Position numbers and translations under genes: made by a program. Below, piece after piece: positions 1-12,280 of a DNA stretch of 64,000 bases (its first letter is position 1; every line of letters begins with the position of its first letter). This stretch comes from Octopus sinensis (lineage: Eukaryota), in NCBI RefSeq assembly GCF_006345805.1, contig NC_043001.1:58962001-59026000 (forward strand), in the 5' to 3' direction. The notes under the pieces were generated by a model. The model made no database searches and had not been told where the DNA came from. It worked only from the letters and a program-made list of their open reading frames with translations.

Positions 1-339
1 CACTCTTACACATACGCGTATATATATATTCATATAATTAAAAAAATTATTACATCTATATGATAGAGGGAGAGAGAGGCACACATACATACACACACAT
101 AAATATATATATGTGTGTGTGTGTGTATTTGTGTTTATGTATGGATGTATGAACGTTCCGATTTCGTGTTCACCATGCACTATTTTCTAATTCTTGTCGC
201 TGAAATAGCAACAGCAAACTAGGACACCACGTAACTTTTTCGACCAATACCAGACCACCTTCCAGTAATTACAATTGACTTACGCCAACTGATCTCTCAA
301 ACAATTTCCAATGGCTGACAATTAACATCACGCTTTGAA

Positions 340-620
340 ACTTAAATTATGAAGAACTTTGAGTGAAGCTTCATCAATACAATTGACTCCCTATAAGTGT
401 CTTTAGAAATTCAAATCTAAAGTATGAACGAGAGCAACAAGCATCCACACGTTGATGGAATGACATCATCAGTCACAAAGTTAACTTTTCTGGAGGCAGA
501 ATAGTGACAGAATTATATTACAAGCCCACGTCATCCCACATTTACCACTTCCACCAGGACGATCGTCCACATCATATAATTCAGTCAAATCCGATATCTC
601 AATTTTCAGGATAAAATCCC
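340..620 (+). mobile_element. Decayed Penelope-like element reverse transcriptase fragment
   Basis: 498-610 translates as RIVTELYYKPTSSHIYHFHQDDRPHHIIQSNPISQF, matching the PLE RT motif TDLYxKPTxxHxYL..HPxHxxxSIPxSQ. A frameshifted KVNFLE (VNFLD-like) lies just upstream. Confidence 0.6.
404..473 (-). repeat. 70-bp dispersed repeat, copy 1 (inverted relative to 2386-2455)
   Basis: Reverse complement matches 2386-2455 with 5 mismatches in 70 bp. Confidence 0.9.
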
Positions 621-731
621 TTATGTATTGACATAGAGGATTACTGTAATCATGCAAATGCTTTTGTACACTATTATGTCAAACGCGGTTACAGTAAATC
701 ACGATTAAAGGAAATAGTAAACGTTATATAT

Positions 732-792
732 AACTAAAAATAAGGGTGTCTGAAATAGCAGTCAAATCCCTGACTCTAAGAACCACCTTAAA
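732..792 (+). repeat. Direct repeat, second copy at 1199-1277
   Basis: AACTAAAAATAAGGGTGTCTGA-AATAGCAGTCAAATCCCTGACTCTAAGA(A/G)CCACCTTAAA occurs twice. Copy 2 has an extra 18 bp. Confidence 0.9.
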
Positions 793-859
793 TGTTCATA
801 TCGCACCGTGAGATAAGATAGAGGGACAAAATAGACTAGCAAAAAGATATTACTGAATA

Positions 860-918
860 ATTCAAGATCCTGGATTTCTAGCTTTGCTTCAAATAAGCTC
901 TGCCTTCATCAGTTGAAT
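860..918 (-). ncRNA. Minimal type-I hammerhead ribozyme motif
   Basis: Minus strand: AUUCAA-CUGAUGA-AGGCAGAGCUUAUUUGAAGCAAAGCUA-GAA-AUCCAGGAU-C-UUGAAU. Stem I AUUCAA/UUGAAU, full core, stem III AUCC/GGAU, AUC cleavage triplet. The stem II closing pair is imperfect. Confidence 0.7.
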
Positions 919-1118
919 ATATCAGATGGGCACAGAAATACAAATATATATATACAGAACAAGCGTTATACTTACATATACGAACGTCCATACATACATA
1001 TATATGCACGTATGTACAGGCCAGTTCAAATTGCCCGCCAAACACCTCATTAGCACGATATGGTCAAAATAAACACCGCAGTGAATTTAGTGACGAATTA
1101 TATAAATTTATAAATAAG

Positions 1119-1150
1119 GATAATATCGATATTTAAATATCGATATTATC
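1119..1150. repeat. Perfect 32-bp palindrome
   Basis: GATAATATCGATATTT|AAATATCGATATTATC is its own reverse complement. Confidence 0.95.
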
Positions 1151-1274
1151 AAGTGGCCAGCATGGGAAAAATACCATACCAAGGTAATAATTTTTTACAA
1201 CTAAAAATAAGGGTGTCTGAGAGACACCACCATGCCGAAATAGCAGTCAAATCCCTGACTCTAAGAGCCACCTT

Positions 1275-1597
1275 AAAGACCCCCTTTGGTCATGACTGAC
1301 CATGGTATTGCACCCAGAAAGACACTCTCCCAGGTACAAGTCCGAGCAAGGTTGTTTATGGAAGACCAGCAGTCGCCCATGCATACTAGCCTCCCTCTCC
1401 ACGCCACCAATATTATCCAAGGCCGGTACAGCTTGGCACCTGTGACGCCGCAACTCATTTCTACAGCTGAGTGAACTGGAGCAATGTGAAATAAGGGTCT
1501 TGCTCAAGAACAAAACACGCAGCCCGGTCCGGGATTCGAACTCACAACCTCACAATCGTAAGCTTGACGCTCTATCCACTGAGCCATGAGCCTTCAC
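1275..1597 (-). mobile_element. tRNA-derived SINE, near full length
   Basis: Minus strand begins GTGAAGGCTCATGGCTCAGTGGATAGAGCG (A box), then GTTCGAATCC (B box, 1532-1541), then a SINE-core-like TTGAGCAAGACCCTTATTTCACATTGCTCCAG. Confidence 0.88.
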
Positions 1598-2385
1598 ACA
1601 CACACACACATATATGTACATATGGATTAAAGCAGTTTCATTCAAAGTTCTTGGTACTTTAAGTTTCAGAGCGTAGTGCTAAAGCTACACACGTACGTGC
1701 ATAAATACAGATGAACACTATACATACATACGTGCAGGTATTTATGTGCAGATCATGTGCATGCATACAAGCATAAACACTAGTATGCATACACACGTGC
1801 GGATACCCACAAACATATGCGCGTGTGTGTATGTATGCAAAACAGCTTCAAGAGAGGTACGTCCTGTTCATTGTGCAACAATATGAGTCAAGTGAATTCC
1901 ATTAGGAATCATAACAGAAATGTTATGATTTATACAGGAGGTAGGAATGTAGTGATTCCCATGTGTACGCGGCAGAAAGCACGAAACACAACTTGATGTA
2001 TGTTGGTTGAAAAACAGAACTATTATATTAGATTTAATAGGCACAGATATTAAGCCAGATATTAAGCATTAGTTCGACAGATCTTGACGAACATTTCGCT
2101 TCAAACGCTGCAAGTGTGAAAAAGACTTGAAAGTGCATATTCTAAGAAAATATTCTGAATATGCTTCTCTTTCAATACTGAAAATATATCGCGAGAAATA
2201 TGTTTTCGGGTTATTAACACCACACCCTGGAGGAATGAGTAACGTAACAGGAGAATATCATCAAATTTGCACAAAAGTGTTTGATTGAATATCCTTTCTC
2301 ATTTTCCTTTCATCTTTCTTTCCTTTATTTTCTCGTTTTTGTTCTATCTTTTTCTTTTCGCCAGTTATAAAATTGAAACATAAAA

Positions 2386-2455
2386 ACTGATGATGTCATT
2401 CCATCAACGTGTGGACGCTGGTTGCTCTTGTTCATACCTTAGATGTGAATTTCTA
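2386..2455 (+). repeat. 70-bp dispersed repeat, copy 2
   Basis: Inverted match to 404-473. Confidence 0.9.
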
Positions 2456-2589
2456 TAATTTTGAATTTTCGTCGCGATTTATATTGAAATCGACGAAGAC
2501 AGGCTCGCTGTCGAAATATTGTTCAGCCAATAAAATGCCTAGTGCAATCGCATCGCGCTCTTCGTCTTGTCTATTATTATTATTATTTT

Positions 2590-3215
2590 TTTATGATTGA
2601 GTGAGAGAATAGTACATGCCGTCAAAGTAACACTGGGGTACAATATACGAAGCCTAGTATACCCATCATGACTACACGTCTGATAAAGGTACACTAGGCA
2701 CATGCATCCCAACCATATGTACGCGACATGGTGACCTCCTATCAAGATAAACAGCACATGACATTGCAGGTGGGAGCTCAAGGACTGTTTAAGGATGTTG
2801 AACAAACCACCTATGTTTCCAGGGGTGATTTATTCAAACCCCAAAGAAGTCCTCTCAACCCATGGCTGTGACGCTCCCCCACTATTTCTGCTCGTGATCA
2901 GAGAGCACATATCGTCAGCCACTAAGGGGTATGCTCAACTGGTTAGGGTCAAACAACTGACAAGCAAATTTGTGGTATTCAGCCGAATATTTGCTGTAGC
3001 CCATCTTTTATACTAAGAAAAGACAATGTACATGGTTACATTTCCAATCAGTTAAGATCAGAAGCCATGAGAGTCACTGCCTGGTACTGCATCAGGGCAT
3101 AGCCACTGCCTGGTACTGCATCAGAGCATAGCCACTGCTTGGTACTGCATCAGGGCATAGCTGCTGCCTGGTATGCATCAGGGCATTACCACTGCCTTGC
3201 ACAACATCAGGGAAT
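2590..3215 (+). mobile_element. Non-coding interspersed retroposon-like repeat (family A) ending at an (ATT)n tract
   Basis: Homologous copies on the minus strand at 18768-19025 and 51190-51362. Flanked by ATT repeats. Confidence 0.75.
3072..3215 (+). repeat. 29-bp tandem repeat x5 at the 3' end of family A
   Basis: AGCCACTGCCTGGTACTGCATCAGGGCAT-like units start at 3072, 3101, 3130, 3159 and 3187. Confidence 0.92.
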
Positions 3216-3235
3216 TATTATTATTATTATTGTTA

Positions 3236-3313
<78 letters not shown>
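3214..3313. repeat. (ATT)n microsatellite
   Basis: Directly visible. Confidence 0.97.
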
Positions 3314-3769
3314 CAGTAGCAAATCTAAGTAATTGATAATAACAATAACAGTAACATTTGTGGCAGCAAGCGATACTAGCATTAAACAGCTAGGTATTGA
3401 ATTCTTAATTATATTAGAGGGTACACGAAGCACCATCTTGGTGCTTTATGGACCCTGTAATATATTTAAGAATTTCATATATATATATATAAATACTAGC
3501 AGATACACCCTGCGTTGCTCGGCATTAAAATGGCATAGTTTGTATATAATTTATTAGAGTCATGTTGAAACAGGTGATATGGGAAAGTGCCGCATTGACA
3601 ACAAAACATTTGTGGAGTAAATTGTGTGCTAATTCGACTAAGCAAGATGTTATGTGTCTGTTTAGAGTATTTCAGGCCCTAACATGTGCGGGTTATGTGA
3701 TTTTTGAATGCACTGAGAAACTGTCAGTGGATATAATCACTTTTGCTGCATTTGGCACTGTGCCTAACA

Positions 3770-4452
3770 CGACCCATCATCTGAAATGTTGACACCTCCT
3801 TCGGGTTTTGTGTCCTACATCACTCATAAAGTAAATTTCGAGGAACTCTAGTTGTTCATTTATGGGTAACAGGGAGCCAATGAGTTGATAGACTTATCCT
3901 TGAACTCTGACGTCGTCGTAAATTCATGTTTATCTACCTTCATAGATGCAACAAGAGTTGTATTGTCTGGTATTGTTCAGAAAATCCTGGATGAACGTAC
4001 CTTCTAGAAGATCCATAAGAGGTGGAGAAGAAGCTGGTAGTGCTGGCAATGTAACCTCACCGACTGAGCAGCACAGACCATTTGTTTCATTTGAAAATGT
4101 TAAAGCTCTACAGAAAAGACAATTTGTGTTTAGCACACCAACTTGGACATTATTATTTTTATAAGTTATTATTTTTATAAGAATGGGGTGGATCATATCT
4201 GAAAAGAGCTTCAGGGGTTGCGAAGAAGGAATTTGTACGTAGTCTGTTTCTGAGAGCTATTATATTGGACCTCTGTCTAATCATTAAAACATTGATTTAA
4301 TGATCCAGCATTAAGTACTGCAACATGCATTTGCTGATGCTGAGAAATTCTCATCTAGCTTCTGTCTTCAAACTCTCGCTTTCAGTTTTCTACAATACTC
4401 CTTGCTTTATACTTGTTTCCGGAGAGATTACGTCTTTTCTTTGGTGGCACAT
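3770..4452 (-). pseudogene. Helitron RepHel N-terminal / zinc-finger remnant
   Basis: CLFCRALTFSNETNGLCCSVGEVTLP...FLNNTRQYNS followed by RVQG*VYQLIGSLLP...FLEIYF, matching conserved Helitron N-terminal motifs. Contains stops and frameshifts. Confidence 0.85.
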
Positions 4453-4455
4453 TGT

Positions 4456-4569
4456 TCCCAATATTGTAAACAAAAAATTATGAACATAGAAAGAGTTTAT
4501 ACATTAATCCCTCAAATATTGTAAACAAAAAAATTATAAACATAGAAATAAATTATACATTAATCCCTA
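4456..4569 (+). repeat. ~56-bp tandem duplication upstream of the Helitron ORF
   Basis: AATATTGTAAACAAAAAATTAT(G/A)AACATAGAAA...TTATACATTAATCCCT occurs twice. Confidence 0.85.
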
Positions 4570-5473
4570 TTTATGTAAGCAGTTGTATCCGTAAAATTTT
4601 ATTTCAAGAGCAGAAATTGAAAGAACATAATCGAAAAGAACAGAGAAAGAAAGTGAAAGATGTATATACGTCTATATGAAATGGACGTGTGTGTGCATGC
4701 GTGCGTGCTTGCGCGTGTGTATGTGAGAGAGAAAGAGGGGGAGAAAGAGAGATAGAGTGAGTGAGTGAAGGTGTGTGCCGTCATGATTGACGTCTTTTAA
4801 GATACACACACATATAGAATATGTAAAGTAATAATATAAAATTTCTACGAGAGTTGATTTATGGAAAATATTCTTAAACTTTTGAAATGCAAATATGTGA
4901 ATGAAAATTAAGTTTAATTTGTAGCCAAAATATTACTGAATCTTTCGATAACCCATATGTCAAAATCTGTAACTTTGTTTTGGAAAGAATAAGGAATACA
5001 TAATATCAATGAGACAGACTTCTATATGGTAGCTAGATCTGGTAGAAATAGTAGCCAAATCTCAGTCAAAACACCCTACTGTCTTAATCCGACAATTTTG
5101 CCTATTATGTAGTTTCAATGAGAAACTGTAACTAAAGATTAATTCTATTAACCCCACAGAGAGAGGAAAGAAGAGAGATACCATAACGACAGTTTTAGCT
5201 AACTGTTATCCTGTTGCTAGAGAAATGGCATCAGCCGGCTGTCTAAATAACTTGTTGTTTTAATGACAGAACAAACAGGACATCAATATTACAAAAATAT
5301 AGATTCTCAATTGGAAACTAATGACTGAAAATCTTTTTCGATTGCGGAACGCCGAGTTCTATCATGTATCCATATTTAAAATTTCAGCGCCATCGGATGA
5401 ACAATACTCTAGTTATAAGCGCACAAACACAAAGATAAACAGATAGACAGACAGACGGAACGGATTTTATATA

Positions 5474-5504
<31 letters not shown>

Positions 5505-5512
<8 letters not shown>

Positions 5513-5703
5513 GGCTGGATCTGTGCCTGTGTTTGATGTTTGATCCCCATCAATTGTTGAAAATTTGTATCGACGTGTTTACTCGGTAGAAGAATATCAA
5601 GCTTTAAAAAATAAAAGTACTGGAGACGATGAGTTCGACTAAAATGCGTCAAGGCCGCACCACAGTATGAGCAGAGATTAATGACTAAAAAAAGTAAAAG
5701 ATG
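5505..5703 (+). mobile_element. Decayed SINE 3' half
   Basis: AAGTACTGGAGACGATGAGTTCGACTAAAA...ATGACTAAAAAAAGTAAAAGAT tail, related to 61005-61200 (-) and 60470-60520 (+). Confidence 0.55.
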
Positions 5704-6049
5704 AGTAAATAAATTTGAAGGTAAACTGCAATAACTAATATGTTGTACAATAAAGAGAATTATGAGAATAATGGTTGTTGAATATTTACATAAGGGAAAT
5801 AAACGGGCATAAAATCATTACAAATATCAAAGATATACATATCGACATAAAGATGAGAATTAACGATAAAGTACTCTCTAAAGAAGAACATAAGAGCAAA
5901 GTATGCACGCGCAACCACACACACACACACGCGCGCACACAAAGTGATAAATATAGAAATATCAAAAGAACTGAGGAAAAATTTGACAGCTAGTGAACCA
6001 GAATATTGATGAAAAGAATACGTATGAGAGTGTGTTGTGTGTGCATGTG

Positions 6050-6103
6050 TGCGAGTATATGTGCAAACACAAACACACACGCACACACACACACGTATAT
6101 ATA

Positions 6104-6169
<66 letters not shown>

Positions 6170-6499
6170 GTAATAAGCTTAAAACAGACAAAATGAGCGG
6201 GATAAAATTTAATAGAGCTCTTAATTAGTATAATATCTTGAAAAATAGAAAGACTCACTAATGTGGAATATGTGGACGTTTCCTCTGGACACGGTCATGG
6301 TATTAGAGATAAAAGGCGAAAAACCAGTTTTTATAGCGAGTGCAGGGTTAGGGCAATATCCAGGAGGTTAAGGGGGTATAGAACGGAATGCACAATGGAC
6401 CGGAGGGAACGGGCATTGATAACTATACATACAGAAAGATATATATATATATATACATATACATATACATACACATACACACACATATACATATGTATG

Positions 6500-6544
<45 letters not shown>

Positions 6545-6551
6545 GCGCGCG

Positions 6552-6630
<79 letters not shown>

Positions 6631-6745
6631 TTTATCTTCCAGTCATTTGACCACGGCTACGTTGCAGTACGGCCTCGAAGACTTTAAAGCACACACACAC
6701 ACACACATATATATATTATATATATGTGTATATATATATATATAT

Positions 6746-6819
<74 letters not shown>

Positions 6820-6835
6820 TGTATGTATGTATAAT
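6050..6835. repeat. Compound (TA)n/(CA)n/(TATG)n microsatellite field
   Basis: Directly visible; explains the YI-repeat ORFs. Confidence 0.95.
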
Positions 6836-7294
6836 TATTAGGACTTTATGTGTATATCTAGTAGCATGCCGATTAAAGCACTTGCACGGTTTAAGTTACC
6901 TGATGTCATCTACTGTTAGGATATACTTGTTAACGTATCTAGGTCAGTAGTTCTGCGTTGTTCGGTGATTTTGTGATGTGAAATGAAAAATGGAATGAGC
7001 AAGAATCTTGTTTGCGTTTATGCCTGTTGTATACGCGTGCGACAGCATGTGTTGTACTCCGATATGTGCGTGTGTGTGTAAATATATATATTCATGCTTT
7101 TGGTAACTAAGTGTGATGGCGATTCAGACGTATGCTAATGTATTATGACAATGCTACTGTTTAGTGTTGGGTAACAGGTGTTGGAATGTGGTTTAGTTGT
7201 TTGAGGGTGAGGGGAGGGAAGACAGGAAAAAAGTACGTACATAGTTTATGTATGTACATGGTGTATGTGAGTGGGTGGGTCCCTGTGCCTGAAG

Positions 7295-7530
7295 TCCATT
7301 CAATGTTGGCTGTTTCATTCCATGTCGCAATGCCTCCGGTGAAACGAAACAAAGAAGTGGAATTCTCTTTCCCAGCATCTAAGCGAATACATATGCCGTG
7401 TGTATCTACTTCTGAAATCATTGCCCGCCATGTCCGTGTAGTAGTTTGTGATGGCATTGTATTCTGTGAGGGTGACTTTTCAGGCTACAGCACTTGGAAG
7501 GTAGGATCTTCCTAGAGGGCAGATGTAATG
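7295..7530 (-). mobile_element. Penelope-like GIY-YIG endonuclease remnant
   Basis: ICPLGRSYLPSAVA*KVTLTEYNAITNYYTDMAGNDFRSRYTRHMYSLR, then after a frameshift ENSTSLF...NETANIEW. Fits the PLE pattern CPL...VYxAxV...YxGM...FKxRYxxHxxSF...STxLS...IxW. Confidence 0.72.
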
Positions 7531-8607
7531 TTTTGGAAATTATAGGTTGGGGCTGAAGGTTGTGTAGGTGAATGGTTGCACCACAACAGCGCCCGCAACG
7601 TTAGAAGTGATATTGGATAAAGATATTTCCACTGCTTTGTCTTGACTCCTCTAATGGCGGCAATGGTAATAATAACCGTAACAACAACAAAAACAACAAC
7701 AATAACAACAACAACGACAGCAACAGTAATGATAAAAATAATAACAATACCAACAACAATAACTAATGAAAGCACTCTCAATACATTCGATTTATCAATG
7801 TGCCCATACAAATAATTCCCCAAATATCTGTAGAAATTTCTGTTATATTCCGTATATAATATATACGACAGTACTGATGCCTACTTATTCTGTATGACAG
7901 AAATCTACAGAGACGCTTTAGTTAATGCCAATTGAACTAGAGATGCTTTATTGCAGCTTGTGTCAATCGATATGTCTCAGATACTTTTTTCGTTTTTCTC
8001 CTTTTACTTCCTTCTTATATTTCAAACGTTTTCTTTCAAATTACCAACTGTTTTGAACTCTCATCGAATCCTTTCACTATTCTCTGTTTTATTTTACATC
8101 CAGCTGTCAGAGAATTGCTATATGTTACACTAGCCTCCAAACATATTTATGCCTTTATAACTCACCTGTACTAAATCTCTCATTTTTACATTGCTTTCTC
8201 CATATTTCTCCCATTTCCCACATTCCTCAATAAAAAAAATGATTATTTCTATTTTTTTATTTTTTCTTACTAATCTCTTATCAAGAAAATGCCGAATGTT
8301 ATGCTTGCACCGTGATGATAACCATCGAAATCGTACAAAGGTTCTGAAAATTTTATGTCTCTGAAGGAAACATATCTGTTTACTTGTGCATACATACATT
8401 AAAAAATAGAAGAGACACACATATAGGTACATCGGGTAATTATTTTGGTTCTTTAGAGCAGTGCTCATTTTGAAAAGGATAGAGTGTAAATCATGGAGGC
8501 TAGCTGAATGCATGTGGAAAACCAAATATATTATGGTTTAAACCAAGATTAATCTTTAGTAACATATGACAACATATAAAAAATAAAGTATGTGCATATA
8601 TATATAT

Positions 8608-8664
<57 letters not shown>

Positions 8665-11288
8665 CGTACATGTGTGTGAGTAGTTTCATATGACATACAC
8701 TGACAGTAGAGTTAATATGATATCCATTCGTCAATTCAATCGAGGACGGGTGGGGGTCTGATGAAATCTTTTGTGCTTTTATTACATCATAAATTAAGTT
8801 TCATGAAATCACTGTTGCGGATAATTAAACTGTATATAACAACCTATTTCAAACCTTAACATTTCAAAAAATCAGGAATTTTGTGGTCATAACCCATGAC
8901 CTAGAAAGGAAACAGGAGGATCGTGTACCATGCTATAAATTGCATTTAAATTATATCCAGTATTATCGAAAGAAAAACAAACACATTGGTCTCCAGTGTT
9001 GCTAATTGTAGATACACTGATTTGTAACTTGTGAGCGCACTTGAGGTTTACTTCATCCAGCAACCAGAGCATTGGTATAAGGACCCTTTTTTTCCTTTTG
9101 CTTATGCACGTGCATCCAGATTAATGTTACGTACACCACATAACCCAAACAACTTAACTTGCAACGAAGTCGAAAACATATTGTGACCTGTGGCGATAGC
9201 TGCAACCACTAAAACTATGTTAACACTTACTTTGAAATTCTACAGAATTGTTTACGGGAGGTCTCACTGGAAAACATTAGTGTCTCTGTTTTCATCAATG
9301 TTAAAAACGGAGCCAATTGTTTATATCAAATGTTCTTTTACTATAAAACGCTCCCGGTAAGATTTAACTCACTTATATCTTTAGATCAAAACTGGGAATA
9401 CTTTCAGAGAAGTATTTGGTTAAAAGGACTATAATCAGAGATTATCTTTCTATATTACATTGTTCACGTTCACACAGATATCCTATTGACTTTTATTATG
9501 TTGCAATAACATTACGTACCATTAAAGAAAAAATTATTCCATCATACATCTAATGAAGCAAAATTTAATATAGTGTATATTATTTGTTTATGTCAAATGA
9601 TTATTAGATTTCTCTTAAGATACAATTGGAAATATCTCTTGATATCGGGAGTAGTATAATGTGCCATTGCTGTAGACAGTAGTATATAATCATATTAATA
9701 CACTTCACTTACAGCTGCTGCTGTTGCATGATACTCTAAAAATGTATGAAAATAAAAGCAAGAGTAGTATGGTAGTTTTTACAATAATTGTAGGGTACGA
9801 ACTGAGGTATGATATTATTTTAGTTTATTTTCAGTAGATCAAATAACTGCAATTCACTTAATGAGGTTGATATAGTCAGCTGCACTTCTTTCTTTAGAAG
9901 TGTACAACAGGACGAGACACTTTGAGGAGGTGTGTCGAGATTATGAAAACGTGATTGCACAGCAAAGCGTAAAAATATTAATACTTTTTAAAAATATAGT
10001 TGGTTGTAAATTTTTGTCCTGCATGCTAAAGTAATATCAATTATATAAAAGAACATGCATATATTCACAGGTGCCAACGTAGATAAAAATTATGCTGCGT
10101 AATGTTGCTGTTTCGTGTTCAGTCTCATTGCAGTGTACCTTGAGAAACTGCCTTCCAGCAGAACCTTGTAAGTGAATTTAGTGAGTGTGCATGTGTGTGC
10201 GCGCGCGTATGCGTGTGCCTATGTGTGTGTGTGTGTGTGTGTAAGTACAGTCCATGTTACTATTCCCAGGGTGCTCGTAACATGAAAATTGGATTTGACG
10301 CTTAGAAAATCATTTACGGTATTAAACAATTCTATACATTAGTACTTCTCGTGAAACTGTGTCGCTGGATAGCCGTATAAATTCAAAGTTGAGTGTATAT
10401 TTTTACTGGGACGAAATGAACATTTATTGTGACTACCACTTGCAATGGACTGCATCAGACAGACAGTATAGTGACTTATCACATGAAGACATTTAATTAC
10501 TTTATCATCGAACGGGTTGTGAAAATAATATTTAATGTGATCAACGGTGCAAAGAAATATTACATTTCCACTCCAGTCTTTTGAATTCGTTATTCGCTTT
10601 CAATTTCTATGTGAATGTATTCGAATCAAAAACCTTTCTTTTAACTTACCCATAAGTCGTTAGGGTTTACTTGCGTTGGAGGGATACTGTTTATTACAAT
10701 CGTATTTGATGTTTGAGCCCATTTATTTCATTGAGACTATTTATTTAACTATGATCATTTATTTCATTGATATCATTTGTTTTATTGTTTTAGAAAGAAA
10801 CAGATAGGTTATCATTTATTGTATCTAATTGAAAGGAAAAACAAACAACATTTGTATTTTTATGCGGTGAGATAAATGACCTCATTTTCTCAGATATTTG
10901 GTTTGTTTGATGTACGTGATATATAAGAGTGTTTATGACTCATGGTAATCGATTAGTTGTAAAAGAGAATATTGTTAAAATTATTCTTATAGTCCGTATA
11001 GATAGCACTTCAATAGATAAATACCCACTGATTTAACCTCTGCAAGCAGAGAGATCACGCAGAGATGAAGGTACAGTACACATACTCACACACATATATC
11101 ATTTTAACAACTAATCTTGTACTTTTATTTTGTTTCCCAAAAACCGATCCAAATCATGCGAAAAATAAAGGTAAAGGGGATACAGTGAGAAAGGATATTT
11201 CCTGAAGGAAAAGATTAAACAAAAAGCATAGTCTATTCATTTCTGTTTACAAAATGGAAAATAGAATCGGAGGCAACGATAACAAAAA

Positions 11289-11418
11289 GAAGAAGAAGAA
11301 GAAGAAGAAGAAGAAGAAGAAGAAGAAGAAGAAGAAGAAGAAAAAGAAGAAGAAGAAGATGATGATGACGATGACGACGAGGGGAGGAGGAGGAGGAGGA
11401 GGAGGAGGAGGAGGAGGA
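11289..11418. repeat. Compound (GAA)n-(GAT/GAC)n-(GGA)n microsatellite
   Basis: Directly visible. Confidence 0.97.
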
Positions 11419-12039
11419 TCAAACAATACCAACAACAATAAAATTAACTGCAGCTCAATCCACTACAATCAACAAACTAATAAGATAGTTACAGGAACAC
11501 GTGAAATACAGAAAATACTCCCGACAGAGTTTAATGGAAGTAACAAACTCAATATCGCATGTAAAGATAAAGAAATCAAAGAAACAAAATATTCCTAACT
11601 AAATACATCAGTGTAGAAATCCTTCTGAACCGTCCGATCTCCTTCAAATAGCACTTTACTTTACGAAAACAAGGAGGGGAATATAGTCCTCAGTATACAA
11701 CGAAGTTATGGACAAAACTAGAAATACCGTCACCGCAGACTCACAAATCAAACCTCAGCTGGTCTAAGTAACCACAGTGACAACAGCATCACGGAATCCA
11801 AAATAAACAATACAGTAGTGTTATTATAATCATATCTTACCTTTCGTCAAGAGAAAATTCATTATAGTTTGTATTATCTCTTTTTCAATTATATTGATAT
11901 TTGATCGACTGAAAGAGCATCTAATACACTTTTCCTTTTTAAAATATGCGTCATATTTGAGCACTAAACTACTGCTGCGCAGATAATAAAATTATGTCCT
12001 GTTAATAACGTGTAACTTTCTCAAAAAGGCAAAGGCAAC

Positions 12040-12280
12040 GTACTGGCAGAAATGATAAAAAAAAAACAGATAAATTTCCACGGGATATCTTTCTACCTCG
12101 GGGTATGTTTTCTATTGTGGGTTCAAATCATGTTGTTTTCAATTGTGGGTTCAAATCCTGCCATAAATACTTAGCTCTTTATCCTTCCAGTATCAATAAA
12201 GTAAAGAACCGGCCAATTACTGGTGTCTATAAAATCGAATGTACTCCCTGCCAGGAAAATAAAATGAGTTTATATTAGAA
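12040..12280 (+). mobile_element. Highly decayed SINE (family of 22690-22922)
   Basis: CTGGCAGAAAT head, a duplicated GGGTTCAAATC B-box-like motif and a TATCCTTCCAGTATCAATAAAG core remnant. Confidence 0.45.

Larger units (their letters stand above)
3496..5478 (-). mobile_element. Internally deleted Helitron
   Basis: Minus-strand 3' end is a GC hairpin (CCGAGCAACGCAGGG) then CTAG|T at 3496. It contains a RepHel remnant. A typical non-autonomous Helitron 5' region lies at 5360-5478; linking it to this copy is inference. Confidence 0.75.

Noticed and set aside
1520-1597. tRNA gene (also considered at 56075-56132)
   Set aside because: A and B boxes are present but there is no complete cloverleaf or acceptor stem, and both continue into repeat bodies, so they are called SINE heads.
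3072-3215. 29-bp repeats resembling a CRISPR array
   Set aside because: The units are contiguous with no unique spacers, there are no cas genes, and the context is eukaryotic.
6260-6310. GAAACGUC on the minus strand as a hammerhead 3' core
   Set aside because: The 5' core and stems are not recoverable.
5760-6950. Long ORFs of YI/CV/HT dipeptides (also at 24351-24617, 42148-46565, 53648-54741 and 61117-61542)
   Set aside because: Stop-free translations of TA/CA/GT microsatellites, not proteins.
7650-11200. Long, mostly unique AT-rich stretch
   Set aside because: No ORF, repeat structure or RNA motif I can support.
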